Under the pieces are notes generated by a model. It was not told where the DNA came from. It worked only from the letters and a program-made list of their open reading frames with translations, and ran no database searches. Source: Nitrospirales bacterium (GTDB taxonomy: Bacteria; Nitrospirota; Nitrospiria; Nitrospirales; UBA8639). Taken from it: a DNA stretch of 64,000 nt. The stretch spans positions 77,431 to 141,430 of the forward strand of contig CBDBCZ010000007.1 in the NCBI GenBank assembly GCA_965203295.1, given 5' to 3'. This document shows positions 1 through 64,000 of the stretch, piece by piece; the first letter of the stretch is position 1; every line of letters begins with the position of its first letter. A program made the position numbers and the translations under genes.

Positions 1-428
1 CATGTACTTTAGTTGGCCCAGTCTTCTAGATAGGCAATGAGCTTGGAATTTGTCATATTCATTACACTCTGTAAAAATAGCTCACAGCTTAGCACGCTAA
101 TTGTAATGTGCTAAATATAAAGAAGTTGTAAACAGGGTGCTTTCCCAGGGTCTCCCCCTCATTAATAATTGTTTGCATTTGTGCATACATAGACAAAGTT
201 ATTGTCTCATATGAATCTGTAATAACATGAGGAATTTGCTGTTCATGCAGAATCATCACACTATAAACTAAGAATTTGCCTTTCATGCAGAATAATAGGA
301 ATTTGCATTTCATGCAAAATGATCATAGGAATTTGCATTTGCAGAATAATGGGGAACACAAAAGCTATTGTGTGCGTGGAGGAGGGTACCAATAAAATTG
401 AATCTTTTCTTCTTACGCATATTACCAG

Positions 429-1045
429 GAACAATCAGATCAGCCACTAAAGAAGAATTCGAAGAAGTGTCAAAGAAATTCTTCCGCACTTGGGATCAGC
501 GTAAGGGGAGATGTCCCAAAGTGGAATATGTAGCCGTGGTGGTCAATGCCACGCTGAAACAAAGGTGCAGTACGTACAGACAGAGGCTGCGAAATCAAGA
601 AATGGAAGAACACTTCCACGGGACAACGCTTTCGTGTGACATCAAACGTACTAAAGCACTCTGCAGTGTTGGTTCGTGTGGAATCTGTGGCATTTCACGT
701 ACTGGCTTGAATCGTGGCTACATAAAGAAGAATATCGACTTCCAGCGATTCGGTGACGGCTTTTATCTTGCTCCAAACTCTTCAAAGTGCCACGACTACA
801 CACGAGGCATCAATGGCTACAGAGCCATGCTGCTCTGCGACGTATGCCCAGGGAACAAATACCGCTTGAGAAAAACTGATCAAAGTCTGCAGGGACCCCC
901 GAGAGGGTATGACTCTGTGAATGGCCAAGTTGGCGAACATCTGAACTATGAAGAAATTGTCCTCTACCACCCCGATGCGGTCATGCCTCGCTACATTATT
1001 TTGTACCAGAAAGATGGAAATAGCCATCCCATTACAATGAACTAG
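429..1045 (+). CDS. Terminal exon of a PARP-like (ARTD-type) ADP-ribosyltransferase catalytic-domain protein; upstream exons not identified, probably outside the window
   Basis: ORF 368-1045 has the H-Y-E layout: HFHGT ... RFGDGFYLAPNSSK ... AMLLCDV ... YDSV ... LNYEEIVLY ... PRYIILY. Acceptor ttaccag|GA at 427-428; stop TAG at 1043-1045. Confidence 0.85.
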
Positions 1046-1199
1046 CACACTGATCCACACTGGTTGAACTTTTGTGTTGAATATGTATGTTCATGAAAAA
1101 CTGAGTGACACTGTGTGTACATGTTTGTTTCTTTCCCCACATTAATACTTTGTAGCAGTATACCCCTGGACTTATATCACATTACATCACTTTTGGAAA

Positions 1200-1446
1200 A
1201 ATTCATTGGTTACAGAGAGGAGTATAAAGGTGTTTATACTACTATTTTGTTTTTATGTGTTTTCATGTTCGTTAACGTATGTTTTTTGTTTACGTAATAA
1301 AATACTACTGAATGGTAACTTGGTGTATCCATGGCGATGACAAACAGCAAAAAGCGATTGGCCGCCTGTGATATAAGCCGGATATACCACGCCTACTCGG
1401 AGTATAAACGCGATAAACTCCGCATAGACGTGGTATATCCTATACA
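1200..1446. repeat. Dispersed repeat, copy 1 (copy 2 at ~5625-5940)
   Basis: Shared GGAGTATAAAGG..TATACTAC and TATAAGCCGGATATACCACGCCTACTCGGAGTATAAACGCGATA..AGACGTGGTATATCCTATAC. Confidence 0.7.
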
Positions 1447-1878
1447 TAAATCACAGAGCAATTGTTATGAGTGTTTACTTTCTGTAATATTTTTTTAGCT
1501 TGTAGCTACATATATAGTTAGCCTGGGATCCAGGCTATACATGTAGTACTTGGTGTAACTATTTCTCGTTTGTGCCCTGATTGTTTTATGTAAAAACAGC
1601 AAAGCTTTTAATAATTCATAATCAACTAAACAACTGTAGATATATAATTAATTAATGTGTATTTCGAGTCCTCAGCGTACATGATTATATCACCCATGCA
1701 CTCCCCTCCCCCCCCCCCCCCCCCCCCCCCGTAGTTACCAAAGCAGGTCTGAGAATAAAGTACTTTTTTTGAAGTCCAAAAATAAAGTGGAGAGATTATT
1801 TCTCCTCAGCTACCCAGTAAATTAATTATGACACGTAGTTGAAGTATAAACATTGCAATGATGTGATGAAGACATACT

Positions 1879-17480
<15,602 letters not shown>

Positions 17481-17489
<9 letters not shown>

Positions 17490-17597
17490 CCCTTCCACGT
17501 GGGTAAATAGTATACGGACTTCCGTAATCGCATTCTCCATTTCGGCCATCACTTTCACGTGGGTAAATAGTATACGGACCTCCGTAATCGCATTCTG
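17481..17597. repeat. 60-bp tandem duplication over the RBM28 start codon region
   Basis: TTCGGCCATC.CTT.CACGTGGGTAAATAGTATACGGAC.TCCGTAATCGCATTCT twice. Confidence 0.9.
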
Positions 17598-17738
17598 CAG
17601 TTCTGAGTACGTAAAATAGGCTCCAGCTGCAAACATGAACGGTTTTTGCACTTTGGAAAGTGTTTTTTCTGTATTATAAGAGGTTCCAGCTGCAAATTAA
17701 ATATTGAAATATGTCTAAACAAAACATTTGACTAGCGA

Positions 17739-19922
17739 CTAGTAATCGTAATCTGCATACCCTACGATGTTCGATTCAAACTGCAGGTCCCGAATCTCGC
17801 TGAGAATGTCCGAGGCCTTCTGCAGTGCTCTCACCATCTCCGCAACTTCTCTCCTCCTGGCTGTCATCTCCGGCGACTCCTCCATCAGCTGGTCGTAGGC
17901 CTCCGTCTTGTAGAGCTCGCTGACCAGCTCACTCTGGATCTTCTCCTTCACGTAGTTCACCAGGCAGTGCATGACTGCCTTCGGTATGCTGTCCTGGATG
18001 CTCTTGCGCACGATTAGAAAGTAAGAGCGTATCAGTTTTTCGATCAGTTCGCAGTCGAACTCCTGCCGGCTGATCATGTCACCTGTGGGCTGTGGTTCGG
18101 GACGGCGGGGGTAGAGCCATTCGTCTTCGACTTCAGCAGTCGTGAGGCTGTTAAGACCGGGTTTTTCCCAGTCGTCCGTCTTGCCAGTCGCTTGCGTCGA
18201 CGGGTTCGAAGCCTGGGGTTGAGACTGCGATGACTTTCCTGGCCAGACGGTGGAGAACCATCCCTTCAGTTGGCTCTCGGCCTGCTGGCTTCCCGAGCCC
18301 CCTGCGCTCGTCGTAGCGGCTGGCTCAGATTTGGAGGCGGCTCCGGCTGTCTGCTGCTGTAATCTCGGATGCTGCCTGCTAAACCCTTCCTTGGACGTCT
18401 GTGCCATCATGTACGACTCGTAAGCCGCCCGGGTCCCGCCCACAAAATCGGGGTGGTTGGTGTTGATGTACGAGAGCTCAATCGCAATGAGACTCTCCAC
18501 CATCTCGTTGGTAATCGGCAGCCGCCCACGCAGGAGACCCATGACTACTACGTTCATCTGCTCTCGTAGATGCGGAAAGCGCTGGAAGTCTCGAATGTGG
18601 GAGAGACAGTACTGGATGATCCTCTGCAGCTCCTCGTACACCAGCTCCACGCACTGGAGACTCGGCGCCAGCAGGAGTCGGATCTGTCTCTTGACGAGCA
18701 ACTCGAATGCCATTTCGGAGACGAAGAGGGCCGGTCTCGGGCCCATGGCGTTGCTGATGGCGTGGAGAATGTCGGTGCGTCTGAGTCCGTCCAGCGGTTC
18801 GATGGCGTTCAGGGTCGCAGCGAACGTGTGGTGGAAGATGTAGCAGATGCGTGCCCCACCGGAGAGTTGGTTGGTCTCGATGTCGCGAGAGTTGCCCTCG
18901 ATCTTCTGGCAGTAGGAGGTGGAGAACTTCGTGAGCGTCTGCAAAAGGGCGGGGCCCTTGTTTTGTACCGGGACCCCCAGTGCCTGCAGCTGTGCCTCGT
19001 GCACCGCCAGCTTGGAGCTGATGTCGTGGCGGAGGACCGGCAGGGTGTTGCGTATGTGCTGCATGAGGAGTTTGTTGAGGGTCTGGGCGAGATAGGGACT
19101 CCCGTTCCTCGACGCCAGCCCGGGATACTTTTGTCTGAAGAAGGCCTGTTCATCTTGGAGCGCGTCTCGGATGGGTTTCTCGTCAGCGATATCTTGTTGG
19201 CTCCGGTTCACGACCCCGATGATCCCGAGTTTGACGGGAATGATCTTACCAGTGAGTAAATCGACCGCGTCCGTACCCGTGTCCATGAGATCCAGCTTGG
19301 TGCAAACGGCGAGGGTACGGTCTCCATTGGGATCGACCTCCCTCGCGAGCTTCAGCGCCTCCGAAGTGGCCAAATCGGTGTTAGCGGCGTGCACGGCGAG
19401 GATGATACACTTGGGATTGGAGATGTACTCCAGGATCATGGACCGGATCTGCGCCTCGATGTCCTCCGGCTGGTCCCCCACGGGGACCCTCGTGATCCCG
19501 GGGAGGTCGATCAACGTGAGGTTGAGGACGTGCTGTGAGAAGATGCGTAGGCGGATGGGCTCGGCGCTAATGCCCTTGTTCGTGCCGGCGGTCTTGTCCG
19601 TCTCATTCTGAATCTCTTCCCGGATCCGGGCAAAGTCGTCGAATCGCTGGTCGCCGAGATGGAGGAATTTTCCCCAACCCCAGCTCTCTCCGGCCTCCCC
19701 CGGTTTGAGGTGCACTAATTGGAGTACGAGCGGTCTCCGGGTGACGATCCCCGAGCCCCTCGGAAGGAAGTCTCTGCCAACTACGTTCTCGAGAACGGAG
19801 CTTTTTCCCGTGCTCTGCGTGCCAATGACTGCTATCTGTGGCAGCTGTATGCTGTCCCGACCGACAGTGTTGAAGACATCTTGGAGCTTGTTTATCACAG
19901 GAATGAGCTTTTCCATCGCCAT
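17739..19922 (-). CDS. DNM1L: Dynamin-1-like protein (Drp1; mitochondrial/peroxisomal fission GTPase), single exon, 727 aa
   Basis: MEKLIPVINKLQDVF N-terminus; G1 GTQSTGKSS; LPRGSGIVTRRP; DLPG; TKLD; LSGGARICYIFH middle domain; ELSYINTNHPDF; variable insert with no PH domain; GED LIRSYFLIVRKSIQDSIPKAVMHCLVN; no proline-rich tail. Confidence 0.95.
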   Translation of the reverse strand: MAMEKLIPVINKLQDVFNTVGRDSIQLPQIAVIGTQSTGKSSVLENVVGRDFLPRGSGIVTRRPLVLQLVHLKPGEAGESWGWGKFLHLGDQRFDDFARIREEIQNETDKTAGTNKGISAEPIRLRIFSQHVLNLTLIDLPGITRVPVGDQPEDIEAQIRSMILEYISNPKCIILAVHAANTDLATSEALKLAREVDPNGDRTLAVCTKLDLMDTGTDAVDLLTGKIIPVKLGIIGVVNRSQQDIADEKPIRDALQDEQAFFRQKYPGLASRNGSPYLAQTLNKLLMQHIRNTLPVLRHDISSKLAVHEAQLQALGVPVQNKGPALLQTLTKFSTSYCQKIEGNSRDIETNQLSGGARICYIFHHTFAATLNAIEPLDGLRRTDILHAISNAMGPRPALFVSEMAFELLVKRQIRLLLAPSLQCVELVYEELQRIIQYCLSHIRDFQRFPHLREQMNVVVMGLLRGRLPITNEMVESLIAIELSYINTNHPDFVGGTRAAYESYMMAQTSKEGFSRQHPRLQQQTAGAASKSEPAATTSAGGSGSQQAESQLKGWFSTVWPGKSSQSQPQASNPSTQATGKTDDWEKPGLNSLTTAEVEDEWLYPRRPEPQPTGDMISRQEFDCELIEKLIRSYFLIVRKSIQDSIPKAVMHCLVNYVKEKIQSELVSELYKTEAYDQLMEESPEMTARRREVAEMVRALQKASDILSEIRDLQFESNIVGYADYDY

Positions 19923-20419
19923 ATTTCAGGGTTCTTTTTCACCATGGAGGACAGCTCGTGGATGTATACTTCAAGCTATCTATCGAGTCCTCCAGTCCGA
20001 ATCCAATAATTCATGGTCATGAAACGCCACACTGTGGTTCGTCTAATTTTGCGTAAAATGAGAAATATTATACTCGACCCGCGTTAAATTTTTTTGTTGA
20101 TGTGTGACCTTTGACCTTTTAATGTGACTGCCTTTTCTATGCAAGACAAAGAGAGTAGCGGAGCGAGAGAAAACGGCGTGAAACGACCCTCTCAGAGTAA
20201 TACTGTCACGGTGAATTGTGTTCGGGCGCCTGTCGTAAAGGGGTGGCCCGGCGGTAAGGCTGTAGCAGCCGCCCCCCACGTGGTCGCGCGTATTAAAGCT
20301 GGGGCAGCTGCACGTTCTTTTAAGCCTTCCTTCACACCAATTTGATGTGGACAGGTGGAATTAGAGAGTGAGCACCCCACTGCAACTCCGTCTGTGAGAC
20401 AAGAGCAGACTAGACAACT
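19923..20419. promoter_or_regulatory. Putative bidirectional promoter between DNM1L (-) and ZFC3H1 (+)
   Basis: Divergent start codons ~0.5 kb apart; relatively CpG-rich spacer with a CACGTG box near 20277. Assignment rests on gene arrangement. Confidence 0.6.
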
Positions 20420-60367
<39,948 letters not shown>

Positions 60368-60567
60368 CTCAATCACAGGAGTACGTACATCAACCACTTA
60401 GTATATAGATAGAATGGAATTCTAACACACTCTTCACAGCAGCTACACACTCTAGTCCACCACAGGCAAGGATCTATACTACTCTTCCTTTCTTACTTTA
60501 GCTGTAGAGCGCTCTTCTTAGGAGCTCAAAACAGTTAATGTTCCCACTTCTATTTAGCATTTGAATT

Positions 60568-60573
60568 AATAAA
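60568..60573 (+). terminator. Candidate polyadenylation signal of ZFC3H1
   Basis: AATAAA 200 nt after the stop codon. Confidence 0.5.
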
Positions 60574-62784
60574 CTTTAAAAAAAAAAATATGGGTACAAC
60601 TTTGATGGAACAATCTCAAACTACTCAGCAAAAACAACATTAATTTTGTTTTATTAATCATTTTAGCATACAGTCTTCATCTCATACGTTTCAGTTGCAC
60701 TTTGTAAATTCTCAGTCAGCCCTGTTTCATCGATCTAAGGACCTCAACACTTGATCTTATCAGGCAGAAGATGCAGCTGACTGATGTTGATCTAATCTGG
60801 ACTCACCGTGATGCCCCTCTACAGTCTCAAATCAGCTTCAGTTGTGGTACTGTTCATTTCACTGTAGTGTATCTTTTTGTTGTGTTGTATTGCGTTATTG
60901 TTTGTAAGACCAACTGTGATGTGTTGTAAAATCAGTATTCAGTATTCAAGAGTATTTGAAGCAACCCAATCAAGTCAACCATTGCGTGCGCAACCTTTAA
61001 CTACATGCCGTACTTCTGCTACTGAGAAGTAGAAGCAAAAAGGAAGAAAGAAGAAGAAGCAGGACATATACGTATGCATGAGCCATACCAAGAAATTGAC
61101 AGTGCATGCCTACACATAGAGAGGTGTTTAAGTTTCCAATCTGTAAACACATTACATTGTGTATTATGAATACTGATTAGCTTGTTTTCCGCTTTCTTAG
61201 TCTGAGATTGTGAAAACATAATTTTTGCCATTACGGCTGTGTTTTCACTCTTGAACTCCCTCTGCAACTCAGACAGCAATCCCGGCCCCTTGTCAATATG
61301 ACAACTCCTTTTTTACAGTGACGTACATGCATGCATGTACATGTAACATCGATAATATCACAGCAAGAGTGGAATTTCCTGAAATGCATTACAAGAAAAT
61401 TTGACAGAAAACTTGGCATTTCAGGCACAGTGTGGTATATATAGGACAAGGCAGAACCCTGCCCTCCCCATACCTGAAACGCCACATTTCCTTGTACTTT
61501 TTTGTTGCATGGCTTGAATGTTGATGCTCTAATGTCTATGTTTAGCTGAATGCAGCCAGCATCGTCCATGCCTACAATTAGCTATAGTCTTGTTCTCTGC
61601 TAAGCCCCATGCAGGCCTGTGTGATCCCAGGTCACATTCCCAGGCCTGTGCAATCTTGTTCCCAGCCCATGAGGTCGCATTCCCAGACCCGGGTAGTCGA
61701 AAAGTATTAGTAATGCTCAGTGAGGAGGATAGACGGGTAAAACCTTTATAGCAACATCAAAAAGTTGTCATTTGTGAACATAATTTTTATAGCAGGAGAA
61801 AACTTGACAAGGCAAACAAACGCAATGCAGGACAGACCCGGCAGCAGCATAAAATGAGTATAGAAAAAGAGAATTTACAAAATTAATTAATACCTTGCCC
61901 TAATTAAATTACAGCAGTATTACCCTACTCTAGGGCCATAGAAACTCGATCACTATAAGAAAGCTAAGGATTGTGAGGTCACCTCCAGGGAAACAGTTTG
62001 AATTCGACAAGTGACGTCTACAAAAATATTATTAAAAAATTGGGCATCGGGGCCAAAGCACTGTTGAAGTTTTAATAGCCACTGGACAAAAGTGAGCTGC
62101 TTCTCCCTCTTCTTGGTTCCTGCCTGTTCTGCAACTGTTCTTGCCTCTGTGGTGGACTGGGCTAATTATAATTATACTTAAAAGAAAGAAAAGGACAGAG
62201 AGAGGAAGTAGCTGGGGACAAAAGAAGGCATAAAACTTGATGAGGATTGAGCTGTTAGCAATTTTTCTTAATGAGGATTTAAACTCATCTGCCAAACTAT
62301 TTTTGATAGTTGCCATCCCTTTGCAATAGCACAGTGTTTGGAATTTGCATTTTTTAGTGTTGGAAATTTGAGGACTGTATTCACTTCATATATAATGGTA
62401 AATAGATGCATGCAGGCTACCTTTCTATAGTATTGACCAGAACATAAAATGTAATTTTTCAAAAAAAAACAACAACAAAAAAAAACAGCAAAGACCGGCC
62501 ATGTTTTTCATAATCATTTGGTAACAACAGTATTACCGAATTTAATCATCAAATGATTATAGCTACTCGTTTAGTAGAACAAAGTATTCACTAACCAAAA
62601 AAAAATGTTCAAGCAAAAGCATTTCACTACGAACGTTTCTCATTCAAATGCTCAGTTACAAAAAATTCTCCAAGTTTAAACATAATCACAAACAAACACT
62701 CAACTATTAGGCATACGTAATGCTCTGGTAGTACCGAACTTCTGTCCTCGTCATGTGTGTTCATCAATCAGCCAGACAGTAGAC

Positions 62785-62890
<106 letters not shown>

Positions 62891-63029
62891 GTGTGTGTGT
62901 GTGCGTGTGTGTGTGTGTGTGTGTGTGCGTGTGTGTGTGTGTGTGTGCTGGAGGAGGGGAGGGGAGGAAGCTAGCTAGTACCAAGCGATGAAATATGCTT
63001 GTGTGTGATGCTTGCTATATACGGCCAGT

Positions 63030-64000
63030 CAAAAACGAGGCTTGCATTCGAATGCTCACACATGACAAAATCTCACAAAAAAGGCTCGACATGTTCGACA
63101 AAACGAGGCTTGTCGAAGGTTCATGAACGATGCTGGGGGTACATTCGCATGATGGTGTAAAAGAAAAGCACAAAATCACTACTGCACAAACGACGACCGA
63201 ACGCTCAGAAATGAGACTTGCAGATAATAATGGTAAAGCTTACAACTGAGGCTTGTTCTCGAATGCTCACACAACCAAATCCCATAAAACAAAGCTTATA
63301 CATCCTCACAATGGATCACAAAACGAGGTTTTATCGAAGGCTCATTAATGGTGCTGGGAATACATTTCGAATGCTGTTGTAAAACAATGGGCTTGCGTAT
63401 ATAAAAGTTAACTGCGTGTACAAGCGACAATTAAATGCACATAAACCAGGTGAAAGCTCACAACCGAGTCTTGCATTTGAATGCTCACACATGATGAAAT
63501 CTGGATGCTTGTACATTCTCCCAATGGAGCACAAAATGAACCTTGTTCAAGGATCATGAACAATGCCGGGAAATTTTAAAGGCTGGTGTAAAAAATAAAC
63601 ACAACTAAGCTTTGTATAATTATCATAGAGCTATATGCAAACATTTACTGCTTGCACAAATGACGATCGAAGGCTCGGAAGCGAGTCCTGCAGATAATGC
63701 TGGTAACAAAAAATTACAACCGAGGCTTACATTGAATGCTCACACACGATGAAATCTCATGATCGAGGCTTGGACATTCTCGCAATGGATCACAAAATGA
63801 GGCTTGTTGAAGGCTCCTGAACTATACTGGGGATGCATTTCGAATACTGTTGTAAAAAAAAAAGGGTTTGCTTGCATCTAAAAAAAAAAACCTTAATTGC
63901 TTCACAATCGACAACCAAAGGCTCAGAACTGCTTACAGCCGAGGCTTGCGTTCAAATGCTCACACATGATGAAATCTCACTAAATGAGGCTTGTTGAAGG
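63030..64000. repeat. Diverged ~210-255-bp tandem repeat (satellite-like), running off the window end
   Basis: GAGGCTTGCATTCGAATGCTCACACATGATGAAATCTC-like motif near 63037, 63248, 63466, 63722 and 63941. Confidence 0.75.

Noticed and set aside
18369..20022. Long antisense and alternative-frame ORFs over DNM1L; likewise 35445-36524 and 40359-41681 opposite ZFC3H1
   Set aside because: Shadow ORFs caused by codon bias and repeats; no recognisable protein features.
60400..62780. Possible gene downstream of ZFC3H1
   Set aside because: Only short ORFs with no recognisable motifs or consistent exon chain; treated as UTR/intergenic.

Overview
Eukaryotic, intron-rich animal genomic DNA. The repeat families, the abundant TACATGTA octamer and an intronless Cys-rich multi-TM gene suggest a sponge or other non-bilaterian, but this is inference only. 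Left to right the window holds: the last exon of a PARP-like ADP-ribosyltransferase gene (+); a 19-exon RBM28/NOP4 gene (-, 1879-17489, ~920 aa, with an extra RRM); an intronless DNM1L/Drp1 gene (-, 17739-19922); and, head-to-head with it, a giant 28-exon ZFC3H1 (PAXT/MTREC Red1-like) gene (+, 20420-60367, ~6,450-6,480 aa) with 9.2-kb and 6.8-kb exons. The 9.2-kb exon has a one-base frame break near 29635 that a well-formed 86-nt GT-AG intron would exactly repair. ZFC3H1 intron 16 (46522-52983) carries a same-strand nested intronless ~10-TM gene flanked by two Helentron/DINE-1-like elements, a Tc2-like element carrying a HIRAN-like fragment, and a Harbinger-like MITE. Introns are full of MITEs, microsatellites (several directly against 3' splice sites) and minisatellites. 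Exon models were built by hand from GT-AG sites, phase consistency and remembered family motifs; no searches were run.
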